Below are positions 9,120-20,079 of a stretch of 64,000 nt of DNA, piece by piece. Each line of letters begins with the position of its first letter. Positions within the stretch are counted from its first letter, which is position 1. The translations under genes were made by a program, and so were the position numbers. The notes under the pieces were generated by a model. The model was not told where the DNA came from and searched no databases. It saw nothing but the letters and a program-made list of their open reading frames with translations. The DNA comes from Haliea sp. Lineage in GTDB: Bacteria > Pseudomonadota > Gammaproteobacteria > Pseudomonadales > Halieaceae. The stretch covers positions 9,804 to 73,803 of the forward strand of contig JAHEBM010000008.1 in the NCBI GenBank assembly GCA_024642245.1, given 5' to 3'.

Positions 9120-10013
9120 ATGACCCCGGAAATAGAGCAGGTAACCTGGCGTGACTACAAGGAGCTGACCAAGCCGAATGTTGTGCTCCTGATGATTCTC
9201 ACGGCGGTTATCGGCATGTTCATGGCGGTTCCCGGTATGGTACCCCTGCGTGTCCTTATTCTTGGAAATCTTGGTATTGCCCTGTGTGCCGGATCGGCGG
9301 CCACGGTCAATCACCTGGTGGATCAGCGCATAGACCGGGAAATGTCGCGCACCCGCAAGCGCCCTGTCGCCCAGGGCCGTGTCAAACCGGTGCAGGCCGG
9401 GGTGTTTGCCGCGCTGACCGGCGTCACCGGGATGACCATTTTACTGGTCTGGATAAACCCCCTGACAGCGTGGCTGACCTTTGCATCACTGCTGGGCTAT
9501 GCCGTGGTGTATACCATGTTCCTCAAGCGTGCAACGCCGCAGAATATCGTGATCGGCGGCCTGGCCGGTGCCGCGCCGCCGCTGCTGGGCTGGACCGCCG
9601 TAACCGGTGAGATTGGCGGTCACGGCTTGCTCCTGGCCCTGATTATTTTTGCGTGGACGCCGCCGCATTTCTGGGCCCTGGCCATTCACCGTCGGGAGGA
9701 ATACGCTGCGGTTGATATCCCCATGCTACCGGTGACCCATGGGGTAGCGTTCACCAAGCTGCACATCCTGCTGTACACGGTGCTCATGTTCCTGATCACC
9801 TTGTTGCCATTTGCCACGCGTATGAGCGGCCCCCTCTACCTGCTGGGTGCGGTCGTTCTCGGCTGCGGCTTCCTGTATTGGGCAATTGAGTTGATTCGCG
9901 ACAGGAATCCCAATGCCCCCATGGAAACTTTCAAGTACTCCATCATTTATCTTATGGCCCTGTTTATCATCATGTTGGTTGATCATTATCTGTTTCCGGT
10001 GCACACCCTGTGA
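9120..10013 (+). CDS. cyoE: protoheme IX farnesyltransferase (heme O synthase)
   Basis: 297 aa UbiA-family polytopic protein. Motifs [19 protein letters not shown] and [12 protein letters not shown]. Confidence 0.92.
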   Translation: MTPEIEQVTWRDYKELTKPNVVLLMILTAVIGMFMAVPGMVPLRVLILGNLGIALCAGSAATVNHLVDQRIDREMSRTRKRPVAQGRVKPVQAGVFAALTGVTGMTILLVWINPLTAWLTFASLLGYAVVYTMFLKRATPQNIVIGGLAGAAPPLLGWTAVTGEIGGHGLLLALIIFAWTPPHFWALAIHRREEYAAVDIPMLPVTHGVAFTKLHILLYTVLMFLITLLPFATRMSGPLYLLGAVVLGCGFLYWAIELIRDRNPNAPMETFKYSIIYLMALFIIMLVDHYLFPVHTL

Positions 10014-10687
10014 GCGCTGCCGGCGAACAGGCGACGCGGCAGTCTCGCGGTATCAGGATCACGGTGCTCGCCCTGGCGGTATTTATCGCCCTGATCGTCG
10101 TGGTTTTTGTCCACCGGATATCTCTGCCTCGGATCCTTAGCACGTCTGAAATGCAGATTAATGGCTTCTATCTTCTCGAAATACCGCGAAATTTCGGCGA
10201 AATAAACCTGGTAGATCACCACGGCGAAGCCTTCACAAGGGCCCGGTTCGAGGGCAAATGGACGCTGGTGTTTTTTGGCTTCACCTATTGCCCGGATGTC
10301 TGCCCCACGACCATGAGCTTCCTCAACGAGCTGCTGGGCCAGTTGGAGGGCACGGAGGCCGAGGATACCCAGGTGGTCATGGTGTCGGTTGACCCCGCGC
10401 GGGATACGGTGGAGCAGCTTGCCAGCTATGTGCCCTACTTCAATCCGGACTTTCTCGGGGTCACCGGTGATTTCCTGGATATCCACCGCTTCGCCACCGG
10501 CCTCAATACACCCTTCCGCAAGGTCCCGGGCCAGGGGGATGACTACCAGGTTGACCACAGTGCGAACGTGGTGCTTATCAACCCGCGCGGTGATTACCAC
10601 GGCTTTTTCAAGGCCCCGCTGGATCTGGCCAAGGTGAAGTTGACCTATCGCTCGGCCCGGGCCCTGTGGGACAGGCAGCAAAACTAG
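10010..10687 (+). CDS. SCO1/SenC family copper chaperone
   Basis: TM anchor, a CPDVC motif and a downstream VDHS His ligand. The GTG start overlaps the ctaB stop (GTGA). Confidence 0.88.
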   Translation: MSAAGEQATRQSRGIRITVLALAVFIALIVVVFVHRISLPRILSTSEMQINGFYLLEIPRNFGEINLVDHHGEAFTRARFEGKWTLVFFGFTYCPDVCPTTMSFLNELLGQLEGTEAEDTQVVMVSVDPARDTVEQLASYVPYFNPDFLGVTGDFLDIHRFATGLNTPFRKVPGQGDDYQVDHSANVVLINPRGDYHGFFKAPLDLAKVKLTYRSARALWDRQQN

Positions 10688-10695
10688 AGGCCACT

Positions 10696-13410
10696 ATGAG
10701 CGAGAAACCCGTCCCCATTGTCCTGGTCGATGGTTCATCTTACCTGTATCGCGCGTTTCACGCGCTGCCGCCCCTCACCAACTCCTCGGGCCAGGCCACC
10801 GGTGCCGTCAAGGGCGTGATCAGTATGATTCGCCGCCTGCACAAGGACTACCCTGGCAGTCCGGTAGCGGTGGTATTCGATGCCAAGGGTAAAACCTTCC
10901 GCGACGATATGTTCCCTGAATACAAGGCCCAGCGGCCCCCGATGCCCGACGAACTGCGTGAACAGGTCGAGCCGATTCATGCCATCGTCAGGGCCATGGG
11001 CCTGCCCCTGTTGTGCGTCGAGGGAGTCGAAGCGGATGACGTTATCGGCACCCTGGCCCGCCAGGCGGGTGAGCAGGGCCGACCGGTGATCATTTCCACC
11101 GGCGACAAGGACATGGCCCAGCTGGTTGATGGTCACGTCACGCTCGTCAATACCATGACCGGTACCGTGCTGGATGTGGCGGGGGTGGAACAGAAGTTCG
11201 GGATTCCCCCGGATCTGGTGATTGACCTGCTCGCCCTGATGGGCGACAAGGCGGACAACATTCCCGGTGTGCCCGGGGTGGGAGAAAAAACCGCATTGGG
11301 GCTGCTGCAGGGACTCGGTGGCCTGGACGCGATTTACGCCACCCTCGACAAGGTGGCGGGCCTGTCTTTTCGCGGTGCCAAGACCATGGCCGCGAAACTG
11401 GAGGCTGAAAAGGACAAGGCCTACATGTCTTATGCGCTGGCCACTATCAAGACTGACGTGGCGCTGGACCTCACGCCCGAACAACTGCACAACGCCGAGC
11501 CCAACCGCGAGCAGCTGATCGAGTGGTACACACGGATGGAGTTCCGGTCATGGCTGGAAGAACTGCTGGACGCGGACGAACCGCAGCTGGCGGAGGCCGG
11601 TGCGGTGGAGTACGAGATCGTCACCAGCCAGGCGGAATTGGATCGCTGGCTTGAGCAGCTGCGTGCTGCCGAGTTGTTTGCCTTCGACACCGAGACGACC
11701 AGCCTCGATTACATGGAAGCCCGGATCGTCGGGGTGTCGTTTGCGGTAGAGCCTGGCCGGGCGGCCTATGTACCACTGGCGCATGATTACCTGGGGGCGC
11801 CGGGACAGCTCGACCGGGAGGCCGTGCTGGCACAGCTGAAACCCCTGCTCGAGGATGACCAGCAGGCGAAGGTTGGGCAAAACCTGAAGTACGACGCCAG
11901 TGTGCTGGCAAACCACGATATTCAACTGCGGGGGATTCGCTTCGACACCATGCTGGAGTCCTATGTGCTGGACTCCACCGCCACGCGTCACGATATGGAC
12001 AGCCTGGCCCTCAAATACCTCGGCCTGAAAACCATTCATTTTGAAGATATCGCAGGCAAGGGCGCCAGGCAGCTGACATTCAACCAGATCAAGCTGGAGG
12101 AGGCGGGGCCCTATGCGGCCGAAGATGCGGATATCACCCTGCGCCTGCATCGGGCACTGTGGCCCCGACTGGCGGAACAGGACGGCCCCAGCAGCGTATT
12201 CAGCAGCATCGAGATACCGCTGGTGCCGGTACTGTCCCGTATTGAGCGCCAGGGAGCGCTGATCTCCCGCGAGTTATTGCAGGCCCAGAGTGCCGAGCTG
12301 GGGCAGCGGCTGATGGAACTGCAGGGCAGGGCGCACGAGCTGGCGGGACAGGAGTTCAACCTGGGCTCCCCCAAGCAGCTGGGTGAAATCCTGTTCGATA
12401 AACTGGGGCTGCCGGTCATCAAGAAAACCCCAAAAGGTGCACCCTCGACGGCGGAAGAAGTGCTGGCGGAGCTGGCCCTGGACTATCCCCTGCCCCAGCT
12501 GCTGCTGGAGCATCGCAGCCTGAGTAAACTGAAATCCACCTACACCGACAAGTTACCGGAAATGATCAACCCGCGGACAGGAAGGGTGCATACATCCTAC
12601 CACCAGGCCGTGGCTGCAACCGGCCGACTGTCGTCATCGGATCCAAACCTGCAGAATATCCCGATCCGCACTGAGGAGGGCAGGCGCATCCGGCAGGCCT
12701 TTATTGCACCCCAGGGCTATCGCATCGTGGCCGCGGATTATTCCCAGATTGAATTGCGCATTATGGCGCACCTCTCTGCCGACCCGGGGCTGATGAAAGC
12801 GTTCAAGGAGGGGCAGGATGTACATCGTGCCACTGCCGCCGAGGTATTCGACGTGGAGCTGGAGGCGGTCTCGGGGGACCAGCGCCGCAAGGCCAAGGCA
12901 ATAAATTTTGGCCTGATCTACGGTATGTCGGCCTTCGGCCTTGCCCGCCAGCTGCACCTGGGTCGCGGCGAGGCCCAGCAGTACATCGACCGCTATTTTG
13001 AGCGCTATCCGGGTGTACAGCAGTATATGGACCGAACCCGCGCGCTGGCTCGGGAGCAGGGTTATGTGGAAACGCTGTTCGGGCGCAGGCTGTATCTGCC
13101 CGAAATCAATGCCCGCAATAAAATGCGGGCACAGGCGGCCGAACGCACCGCTATCAACGCCCCCATGCAGGGCACCGCGGCGGATATTATCAAGCGGGCC
13201 ATGCTGGAGGCGGATCGCTGGCTGCAACGCGATGGCGCCGATGCCCGCATGATCATGCAGGTGCACGACGAGCTGGTTTTTGAAGTCGCCATCGGTGAGG
13301 TGGAGGCTGTGCGTACCAAAATCTGCAGCCTGATGTCCTCGGCCGCCGAGCTGGCTGTTCCCCTGCTGGTCGAGGCGGGCTCTGGCGCCAACTGGGACGA
13401 GGCCCACTGA
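10696..13410 (+). CDS. polA: DNA polymerase I
   Basis: 904 aa. Has a 5'-3' exonuclease N-terminus ([14 protein letters not shown]), a 3'-5' exonuclease domain ([11 protein letters not shown]) and the polymerase motifs [12 protein letters not shown] and QVHDELVFE. Confidence 0.97.
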   Translation: MSEKPVPIVLVDGSSYLYRAFHALPPLTNSSGQATGAVKGVISMIRRLHKDYPGSPVAVVFDAKGKTFRDDMFPEYKAQRPPMPDELREQVEPIHAIVRAMGLPLLCVEGVEADDVIGTLARQAGEQGRPVIISTGDKDMAQLVDGHVTLVNTMTGTVLDVAGVEQKFGIPPDLVIDLLALMGDKADNIPGVPGVGEKTALGLLQGLGGLDAIYATLDKVAGLSFRGAKTMAAKLEAEKDKAYMSYALATIKTDVALDLTPEQLHNAEPNREQLIEWYTRMEFRSWLEELLDADEPQLAEAGAVEYEIVTSQAELDRWLEQLRAAELFAFDTETTSLDYMEARIVGVSFAVEPGRAAYVPLAHDYLGAPGQLDREAVLAQLKPLLEDDQQAKVGQNLKYDASVLANHDIQLRGIRFDTMLESYVLDSTATRHDMDSLALKYLGLKTIHFEDIAGKGARQLTFNQIKLEEAGPYAAEDADITLRLHRALWPRLAEQDGPSSVFSSIEIPLVPVLSRIERQGALISRELLQAQSAELGQRLMELQGRAHELAGQEFNLGSPKQLGEILFDKLGLPVIKKTPKGAPSTAEEVLAELALDYPLPQLLLEHRSLSKLKSTYTDKLPEMINPRTGRVHTSYHQAVAATGRLSSSDPNLQNIPIRTEEGRRIRQAFIAPQGYRIVAADYSQIELRIMAHLSADPGLMKAFKEGQDVHRATAAEVFDVELEAVSGDQRRKAKAINFGLIYGMSAFGLARQLHLGRGEAQQYIDRYFERYPGVQQYMDRTRALAREQGYVETLFGRRLYLPEINARNKMRAQAAERTAINAPMQGTAADIIKRAMLEADRWLQRDGADARMIMQVHDELVFEVAIGEVEAVRTKICSLMSSAAELAVPLLVEAGSGANWDEAH

Positions 13411-13459
13411 GAATTCAACAGGCCTGTCCCGGCCCGACAAAAAATTTCAATCCCACCTG

Positions 13460-13486
13460 GAACTTATTGCCGGTGGGACAGTCTCA
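13460..13486 (+). promoter_or_regulatory. candidate sigmaE/AlgU-type promoter GAACTT-N16-TCTCA
   Basis: GAACTT at 13460-13465, a 16-nt spacer, then TCTCA at 13482-13486. This is close to the extracytoplasmic sigma consensus GAACTT-N16/17-TCTGA. It lies in the polA-engB gap. Confidence 0.3.
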
Positions 13487-13492
13487 TCATGT

Positions 13493-13617
13493 GTAGCGAG
13501 CGCTACACCCCACGGGGTGGTTTTTCTCCATGTGCCACCCCGAGCAAGTCTCTCTTCCCCAGAGACTTTATTGTTCCCGGCGGCTGGTCCCCTATCAGTC
13601 AGCCGGGTCTTTTTCTG
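13493..13617 (+). ncRNA. candidate Spot42/ErsA-like small RNA
   Basis: Lies downstream of the sigmaE-like promoter. Hairpins at 13491-13508 and 13546-13568. A GC-rich stem at 13576-13607 is followed by TCTTTTTCTG, a plus-strand intrinsic terminator. The polA-engB locus is the one that hosts spf and ErsA in other gammaproteobacteria. Boundaries are approximate. Confidence 0.3.
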
Positions 13618-14239
13618 TCGTTAACCAGGTATTCAACACCGTTACCAGCTGCTCGTGGCCGCTGTGTTTCAGCGCGGAAAACAACTGGACACTGACCAGG
13701 CCGCCGCGCGCTTCCAGCTCCTTCCGAACCTGTAACAGGGTGCTGTTGGCGGGTCCCTTCTTGAGCTTGTCTGCCTTGGTGAGCAGGATGTGCACGGGCA
13801 TGCGGGCGGCCAGCGCCCAATCCAGCATTTGCTGGTCGAAAGCCTGCAAGGGATGACGCACGTCCATCAACAGGATCAAGCCCCGCAGGCACTGCCTTTG
13901 TTGCAGGTAATTTTCCAGCTGTTTGGTCCACTCGCGCTTTACTGCCAGGGGAACCTTGGCGAACCCGTAACCCGGCAGATCGACCAGGCGCTGGCTTTCA
14001 CTGAGCTCGAAAAAGTTTATCAGCTGCGTCCTGCCCGGTGTACGCGAGGTTTTAGCGAGCTTGCTATTCCCCGTTAAGCTATTGATTGCGCTTGATTTTC
14101 CGGCATTGGAGCGGCCGGCGAAGGCCACTTCCCACCCCTCGTCTGGCGGGCACTGGGAAAACTTGGCAGCGCTCGTTAAATAAGCCACCTTGCGGTAGTT
14201 GGGTGTTGCCGGAACCGGCTGGCGTGGGGTGTCAGACAT
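13595..14239 (-). CDS. engB: ribosome biogenesis GTP-binding protein YihA/EngB
   Basis: 214 aa from the ATG at 14239. G1 motif GRSNAGKSS, then DLPGYGF and TKADK. The 363-aa track ORF extends upstream across the cytochrome c5 gene and is spurious. Confidence 0.9.
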   Translation of the reverse strand: MSDTPRQPVPATPNYRKVAYLTSAAKFSQCPPDEGWEVAFAGRSNAGKSSAINSLTGNSKLAKTSRTPGRTQLINFFELSESQRLVDLPGYGFAKVPLAVKREWTKQLENYLQQRQCLRGLILLMDVRHPLQAFDQQMLDWALAARMPVHILLTKADKLKKGPANSTLLQVRKELEARGGLVSVQLFSALKHSGHEQLVTVLNTWLTTEKDPAD

Positions 14240-14356
14240 TGGCGGGTATTGCCTTTTGTGGTGATAGCATCTCGTATATAATGCCACAGCCAATTTCCCC
14301 CCGTTGCAAAATGCGTACGTGGGGTGCGTTTTCCCAACCTGAACTCGAGGTCCCGA

Positions 14357-14650
14357 ATGAAAAAGCTGCTCGCTGTTTTTTTGGCTCTGTCTGCTGTCAG
14401 CGCCTTTGCCCAACCCGACATGGCCAAGTACGACAAGAGCTGTAAAGTCTGTCACGCCACTGGCGCGGCCGGCGCACCGAAAACCGGTGACGCAGCGGCC
14501 TGGGAGCCCCGTATCGCCAAGGGCATGGAAGCACTGCTCGTATCGGTAAACAATGGTCTCAATGCGATGCCGCCCAAGGGCATGTGTTTTGATTGCACCG
14601 ACGCAGACTATACTGCCCTCATCACTTACATGAGCACGCCCGCGCAGTAA
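14357..14650 (+). CDS. cytochrome c5 family protein
   Basis: Signal peptide, CKVCH heme motif, and the CFDC disulfide pair typical of c5. I chose the ATG at 14357. Confidence 0.85.
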   Translation: MKKLLAVFLALSAVSAFAQPDMAKYDKSCKVCHATGAAGAPKTGDAAAWEPRIAKGMEALLVSVNNGLNAMPPKGMCFDCTDADYTALITYMSTPAQ

Positions 14651-14684
14651 GCGTGCCTCTGACCACCGTTTATCTGGAACTGAC

Positions 14685-15320
14685 ATGAAGAAAGTCGCAA
14701 TCCTGTTCGGCCTGGCATTGGGCTGGGCACAAGCCGGTTATACCGCGGACGCAAGCCTGGTCGGTGACGCAGCTGCGGGTAAGGCCCAAACTGCGGTGTG
14801 CGGGGCATGCCATGGCGCCGACGGTAATAGCGCCGTGCCGACATTCCCGAAACTGGCGGGCCAGGGTGAGAAGTACCTGCTTAAGCAGTTAAAGGATATC
14901 CGCGATGGCGCCCGCCCCGTGCCGACCATGGCGGGTCAGCTCGATGGCAAGTCGAACCAGGACCTGGCGGACATAGCGGCCTATTTTGCCAGCCAGTCCC
15001 GTAGCGGCGGCCAGACCGACCCGGCCCTGCTGGCGCTGGGTGAGACGGTTTATCGCAGCGGGATACCCGAACGCAAGGTCGCAGCCTGTTCCGCCTGTCA
15101 TTCGCCAACTGGCAGTGGCAATGCACCCGCTGGTTTCCCCGCACTGGCGGGCCAGCATGCAGAGTACGTTGCAGCCCAGCTGATTGCCTATCGCAAGGGT
15201 TATGAAGATGAAACCGGCCGCACCAACGATGGCGATATTCGCATTATGCGCACTAACGCTTTCGGCCTGAGTGACAAGGAAATACAGGCGGTCGCCAGTT
15301 ACGTCGCCGGGTTGCACTAA
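14685..15320 (+). CDS. diheme cytochrome c4
   Basis: Signal peptide and two CxxCH motifs (CGACH, CSACH) with c4-type spacing. The engB-c4-dsbA order matches Pseudomonas. Confidence 0.9.
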   Translation: MKKVAILFGLALGWAQAGYTADASLVGDAAAGKAQTAVCGACHGADGNSAVPTFPKLAGQGEKYLLKQLKDIRDGARPVPTMAGQLDGKSNQDLADIAAYFASQSRSGGQTDPALLALGETVYRSGIPERKVAACSACHSPTGSGNAPAGFPALAGQHAEYVAAQLIAYRKGYEDETGRTNDGDIRIMRTNAFGLSDKEIQAVASYVAGLH

Positions 15321-15350
15321 CCGCCACCCGAGGGCAGGATCTCAAACCGG

Positions 15351-15378
15351 AAAAGGTGGCTGATATGCCACCTTTTTT
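15351..15378 (+). terminator. intrinsic terminator after cytochrome c4
   Basis: AAAAGGTGGC-tgatat-GCCACCTTTTTT: a perfect stem flanked by an A-run and a T-run. Confidence 0.8.
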
Positions 15379-15444
15379 GTCAGTCAGAGAACCCCCCGGC
15401 AAATTTGTTGTCTGAGCTGCATTACACTCCTGGAGGAAATCGCC

Positions 15445-16095
15445 TTGAAAAGCCTGTTGTTGTCATTGTCATTGTTGATGTTCGCCCCGTTTCTGGCTAT
15501 CGCGCAGGAACCCGGTACAGTCTATGCGGAGGGTGAGAACTACGACCTCATAAGCCCGCCGGTCAGGACTGTCCATGCCGACAAGATAGAGGTGGTCGAG
15601 TTTTTCTGGTACGGCTGTGGCCACTGCTACAATTTCGAGCCATTAGTGGAAGCGTGGAAGAAAAAGCTCCCCCAGGACGTGGACTTCCGCGGCTCCCCTG
15701 CAGTATGGAACAAGGCGATGGAGCTGCACGCCCGGGCCTATTACACCGCCGAGGCGCTGGGGGTGCTGGACAAGATGCATCCGGTCCTTTTCCAGGCAAT
15801 GAATGTCGACCACAAGAGACTGGCTAACGAGGAAGAGATCCAGGAGCTGTTCGTTGCCAACGGCGTCGCCGCCCAGGATTTCACCAAGGCATTCAACTCC
15901 TTCGGCGTCTCCAACCAGGTGACCCAGGCTACCGCCAGGGCCAAGTCGGCCAAGATCACAGGGACACCGGCACTGATGGTCGAGGGCAAGTACCACATCA
16001 GTACGCGCAAGGCCGGCACCCAGGCCGATACACTTAAAGTGGCGGATTTCCTGGTCGAGAAAGAGCGCGCCGCCCGCGCCGCCAAGGGTAGCTAG
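15445..16095 (+). CDS. dsbA: thiol:disulfide interchange protein DsbA
   Basis: Signal peptide and the FFWYGCGHCYNFEP active site. The start is a TTG at 15445. Confidence 0.9.
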   Translation: MKSLLLSLSLLMFAPFLAIAQEPGTVYAEGENYDLISPPVRTVHADKIEVVEFFWYGCGHCYNFEPLVEAWKKKLPQDVDFRGSPAVWNKAMELHARAYYTAEALGVLDKMHPVLFQAMNVDHKRLANEEEIQELFVANGVAAQDFTKAFNSFGVSNQVTQATARAKSAKITGTPALMVEGKYHISTRKAGTQADTLKVADFLVEKERAARAAKGS

Positions 16096-16197
16096 TCCAG
16101 TTCAGCCTGTTTATTGTTCTGGGGAGCCAGCCGGACAGTGGCTGGCCGCCAGGCATGCTTTCCCCCCGGGTAGCCAGCTACTTCAAGGGGGCATAAT

Positions 16198-17205
16198 CTA
16201 GATAACCAGCCACTCGGGCACCGGCAAGCCCTTGTTTTCCAGGAATACCGGGTTGAACAGCTTGCTCTGGTAGCGGTTGCCGTAGTCACAGAGGATGGTG
16301 ACGATGGTGTGGCCCGGACCCAGGTGTTCGGCCAGGCGCACAGCCCCCGCGATATTGATTGCCGCTGAGCCGCCCATGCATAGCCCCTCGTTGCGCAGCA
16401 GGTTGAAGATGTAGGGCAGCGCTTCCTCGTCGCTGATGCTGAATGCGACATCAACCATTGCCGCAGCGACATTGGCGGTCACGTGGTTTATGCCAATACC
16501 CTCTATGATGGAGGTGCCCGGCGAGGCCTGGAGCTCTCCGCTGTGAAAATACTCGTAAAGTGAGGCGCCGGCCGGGTCGGCCAGGCCTATGGTGACGTTT
16601 GGATTGCGCTGCTTGAGGGCAGTGGATACGCCCGCCAGGGTCCCCCCCGTCCCCACTGCGCAGATGAAACCATCCACCTTGCCGTCGGTCTGTTCCCAGA
16701 TCTCGGCACCGGTTGTGCGATTGTGGATTTCCATGTTGGCCAGGTTGTCGAATTGCCTCGCCCAGACCGCCCCGTTCTCCTCGCGCTCAGCCAGCTTCTG
16801 TGCCAGGCGCTGGGCGGTGTGGATATAGTGGTTCGGATCGCTGTAGGAGGTGGCGCCCACCAGGTGCAGGTCTGCGCCAAGCAGTTCCAGCGAATCGATC
16901 TTTTCCTTGCTCTGGGTGATGGGCATTACCACGGTACTGGTGTAGCCCAGCGCGTTGGCCAGCAGGGTGAGGCCAATACCGGTGTTACCCGCCGTCCCCT
17001 CGACAATGCGTCCCCCCGGGCGCAGTTCGCCCGATGCCTCTGCTGCCCGAATAATACCCAGCGCTGTGCGGTCTTTTACTGAGCCGCCGGGATTGAGGAA
17101 CTCGGCTTTACCGAGAATGGTGCAGCCCGTCTGCTCCGATACCTGTTTCAGGTGCAGCAGGGGGGTGTTGCCGATCAACTGGGTGACATCAGAGGCGGTA
17201 TGCAC
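16198..17205 (-). CDS. PLP-dependent cysteine synthase family protein
   Basis: IGNTPLLHL, NPGGSVKDR (PLP lysine) and GTGGTLAG motifs. There is no ATG. A GTG at 17205 preceded by GGAG is the most plausible start, with 17232 as an alternative. The track ORF extends into the MFS gene. Confidence 0.8.
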   Translation of the reverse strand: MHTASDVTQLIGNTPLLHLKQVSEQTGCTILGKAEFLNPGGSVKDRTALGIIRAAEASGELRPGGRIVEGTAGNTGIGLTLLANALGYTSTVVMPITQSKEKIDSLELLGADLHLVGATSYSDPNHYIHTAQRLAQKLAEREENGAVWARQFDNLANMEIHNRTTGAEIWEQTDGKVDGFICAVGTGGTLAGVSTALKQRNPNVTIGLADPAGASLYEYFHSGELQASPGTSIIEGIGINHVTANVAAAMVDVAFSISDEEALPYIFNLLRNEGLCMGGSAAINIAGAVRLAEHLGPGHTIVTILCDYGNRYQSKLFNPVFLENKGLPVPEWLVI

Positions 17206-17258
17206 TGCGGGAACTCCGGAAAAATACGGCACGAGTATGCCACAGGCACACCCCGTGG

Positions 17259-18461
17259 TCAGGGCTTTGTGCGGATGTAAAGGGCGTGGACCCGCAGGCC
17301 CAGCAGGAGGCTGGTAAATGCGATAACCAGCAGCATCCAGACCATGGGCCGGGGCGTGGTAGTGAGGAACGCCCCGATCAGCGCGCTGGCAGCGGCGGAC
17401 AGTGACATCTGGATGAAGCCCAGCAGTGCTGAGGCGGTGCCGGCGATGTGGGCAAACGGCCGCAGTGCGATGGCCATGGCGTGGGGTAACACCAGCCCCA
17501 TGGCGATGGAGTACAGGGCCATGGGCAACATCAGGGCGAGTACGCTGGTGGGCCAGGCGTGCGAGCAAGCCAGCAAGAGTACACTTGCACACATCGCCAG
17601 GATGACACCCAGGCGCATGATTCGTTCCGAGTCACGGTGTCTGGAGAGCCAGGCGCTCAGGCCACTACCGGTTATGTAACCGACCACGGAGCCCAGGAAT
17701 ACCAGCCCGAAGTACTGCGGTGGCACTCCGAGCATGTCCATGTAAATGAAGCTCGAGCTGGCCAGGTAGACTATCAGGCCGGCGTAGACCAGCCCGCTGC
17801 AGATGGTCACCGTCAGGAAAAACGGATCGACCAGGAGCTCGGCGAAATTGCGTGTAATAACCCTGGGGTGCAGGCTCTGGACCTGGGGCAGCGACTCCGG
17901 CAGGTAGACCAGGATCAGTGTGATCGTCAGCGCGCTATAGGCAGCCAGGAAAATAAAAATGCTGGGCCAGGGCAGCACCAGCAACAGGACCGCGCCCAGT
18001 GTGGGCGCGATTGCCGGAGCCAGTGCCATCAACATGGCAATCAGCGAAAGTGCCCGCGCCGCGCCGCTGGGGCCGTAGACGTCTCGCGCCACAGCCCTGG
18101 CAAGGGTGGGACCCACACAGGCCCCCACGCCCTGCAGAAACCGGAATACCAGCATTTCCCCGACGGTGTCCGAGCGGCTGCAGCCGATGCAAGCCACCAG
18201 GAACAGGCAGCTGCCGCCGATCAGGATGGGCTTGCGCCCATAGCGATCCGCCAATGGGCCGCAGGCCAGGTGGAACAGGGCAAAACCCGTCAGGTAGCTG
18301 CTCAGGGTCAGGTGCATCTGGCTGATGTCGGTATTGAAAGCCCGCATCATGGTCGGCATCGCCGGCAGGTACATGTCCACGGACAGTGGCCCGAGCGCCA
18401 CCAGGGAAGCCAGCAGGGCAAGCAACCAGGGAGAGTCGTGATGTAACTGTCGCGTGGGCAT
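17259..18461 (-). CDS. MFS transporter, Bcr/CflA drug-resistance subfamily
   Basis: 400 aa with 12 predicted TM helices. N-terminal LGPLSVDMYLPAMP and GPLADRYGRKP motifs of Bcr/CflA. Confidence 0.85.
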   Translation of the reverse strand: MPTRQLHHDSPWLLALLASLVALGPLSVDMYLPAMPTMMRAFNTDISQMHLTLSSYLTGFALFHLACGPLADRYGRKPILIGGSCLFLVACIGCSRSDTVGEMLVFRFLQGVGACVGPTLARAVARDVYGPSGAARALSLIAMLMALAPAIAPTLGAVLLLVLPWPSIFIFLAAYSALTITLILVYLPESLPQVQSLHPRVITRNFAELLVDPFFLTVTICSGLVYAGLIVYLASSSFIYMDMLGVPPQYFGLVFLGSVVGYITGSGLSAWLSRHRDSERIMRLGVILAMCASVLLLACSHAWPTSVLALMLPMALYSIAMGLVLPHAMAIALRPFAHIAGTASALLGFIQMSLSAAASALIGAFLTTTPRPMVWMLLVIAFTSLLLGLRVHALYIRTKP

Positions 18462-18522
18462 GGGGCGGCGATGCTAGCCCAAGGCCCGGCCTAATGCAAA
18501 GCGGGTTCGCGCAGGAGTCAGC

Positions 18523-19302
18523 CTACTGCTCGAAGTGCATCACCGTCTTCCACCACAGGCGTGGGAACAGCGCGCGCCACAGGTAGAGCAATTTCGCCTC
18601 GCCCGGGTAGATGATATCCCGGTCTTTACTGACGCCTTTCTCGATAGCATCGACGATTTTTTCCGGGTCCGCGAGGCGGCCGTTTTTGCGTGCCTCGATA
18701 ATACTGCCGGGGCTATCCGTGGCAATACTCTGGTCGATCAGGGCCGTGTTGACCGCAGGCGGGCAAACCAGGTGCACACGCACTCCGGAGTTGCGGATTT
18801 CGTTTTGCAGGACCTCCATATAGGCATTGACCGCCGCCTTGGTGGCGCAATACGCGCCCATCTTGGGAACCAGCGCGATACCGGCTATAGAACCGAAGGC
18901 AATAATGCGTCCGCTTTTGCGCTCGAGCATGGAGGGCAGGACGGCCTGTACCATGTAGGTGGTGCCGAAATAATTGATGCGAAACAGCCGCTCCATCTTT
19001 TCGTGGGTATGGTCGGTGAGCTTGTGGCTGGGCATGAGTGCGGCGGCGTGTACCAGCAGGTCGACGGGTCCCAGGCTGGACGCAACCTCGGCCACGCGGG
19101 ACTCGACTTCCTGCAGATTGGAAATATCACAGTGAAAGGCGGTTATATTGCCCGCCTCGGCCGCCGTTGCCTGCAGCCCCTGGTCGTTGACATCGAAAAT
19201 TGCCACCCGCGCGCCCTTCGCGGCCAGGCGACGGGTGATGATCTGCCCCATGCCACTGGCACCACCAGTGACGATTGCTACCTTGCCGTCCATGTCTTTC
19301 AT
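18523..19302 (-). CDS. SDR family oxidoreductase
   Basis: TGGASGMG cofactor loop and the YCATKAA catalytic motif. Confidence 0.88.
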   Translation of the reverse strand: MKDMDGKVAIVTGGASGMGQIITRRLAAKGARVAIFDVNDQGLQATAAEAGNITAFHCDISNLQEVESRVAEVASSLGPVDLLVHAAALMPSHKLTDHTHEKMERLFRINYFGTTYMVQAVLPSMLERKSGRIIAFGSIAGIALVPKMGAYCATKAAVNAYMEVLQNEIRNSGVRVHLVCPPAVNTALIDQSIATDSPGSIIEARKNGRLADPEKIVDAIEKGVSKDRDIIYPGEAKLLYLWRALFPRLWWKTVMHFEQ

Positions 19303-19407
19303 TAAAGCTCCAGATTCCGAAGGTCCTGTCAGTCAAAGCCATAGTGCTGACAGGTCGGTGTGCGGGCAAGTCCCTAAACGGCCAGCCCGAGTGACGGATT
19401 CAGTCGG

Positions 19408-19896
19408 CTACACATTTGCCCGGTCGGAAATATGTTCCAGCGGCAACTCGGTGCGATGAACCACCCGGCGCAGTTCGAAGCTGGAGTGGACTCCCGCAAC
19501 CCCCGGTATGCGGGTGAGCCTGCCCAGGAGGAATTTCTCGTAGTACTCCATGTCAGGCACCACGGCCTTCAGCAGGTAATCCGAGCTTTGCCCGGTAACC
19601 ACAGAGCACTCCATTACCTCGGGGTATTCGGTAACCTGGGCCTCGAAGGCTTCAAATCGGTCGGGGGTATGGCGGTCCATGGTGATGCCGATGTAAGCGG
19701 TCAGCTTCAGGCCCAGCATGGACTGGTTCAGCAGCGTTACGTGGCCGCGGATGAGACCGGACTCCTCCAGCCGCTTGACCCGGCGCGAGCAGGGCGTGGG
19801 AGACAACCCCACCAGTTCGGCCAGCTCAAGGTTGCTGATACGGCCATTGCGCTGCATGGCCTGGAGGATGCGGCGGTCGGTGCGATCGAGCTTCAA
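19408..19896 (-). CDS. Lrp/AsnC family transcriptional regulator
   Basis: The DRRILQAMQRNGRISNLELAELVGLSPTPCSRRVKRLEESGLI HTH region followed by a RAM domain. Confidence 0.9.
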   Translation of the reverse strand: MKLDRTDRRILQAMQRNGRISNLELAELVGLSPTPCSRRVKRLEESGLIRGHVTLLNQSMLGLKLTAYIGITMDRHTPDRFEAFEAQVTEYPEVMECSVVTGQSSDYLLKAVVPDMEYYEKFLLGRLTRIPGVAGVHSSFELRRVVHRTELPLEHISDRANV

Positions 19897-19917
19897 GGGG
19901 AATCCTCTGCGGGCCCA

Positions 19918-20030
19918 GGTTAATTATCTGTGGAGCAAAAAATGAAATATATCACTATAATATTCATGTTTTATAGTTAATTATTGCGCAAAAAATGGAT
20001 AAACGTGGAATATTTGCAATCTATCCCTAG
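19918..20030. promoter_or_regulatory. AT-rich divergent control region (Lrp-family gene / leuA)
   Basis: A sharply AT-rich block in a GC-rich genome, containing TATAAT-like hexamers on both strands. Likely holds promoters and Lrp-type binding sites. Confidence 0.4.
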
Positions 20031-20079
20031 CTGCTGGTGTTTATACTACCTGCTCGGCTGATAACTCACCTGTTGATAC

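Noticed and set aside
13595-14686. 363-aa extended engB ORF. Other N-terminal extensions in the track include 39562 (waaG), 41631 (kinase), 44921 (rfbD), 45891 (rfbB), 47645-48685 (rfbA), 49964 (methyltransferase), 50644 (toroid protein), 16198-17592 (cysteine synthase), 54907-56217 and 57554-59083.
   Set aside because: The family-conserved N-termini begin at internal start codons, often with an SD sequence or ATGA/GTGA coupling. The extensions overlap neighbouring genes and have antisense-like composition.
19942-19980. Mini-ORF as a classical leucine attenuator leader peptide
   Set aside because: The peptide contains no leucine codons, and the downstream hairpin lacks a U-tract, so classical attenuation is not supported. 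I kept it only as a low-interest observation.
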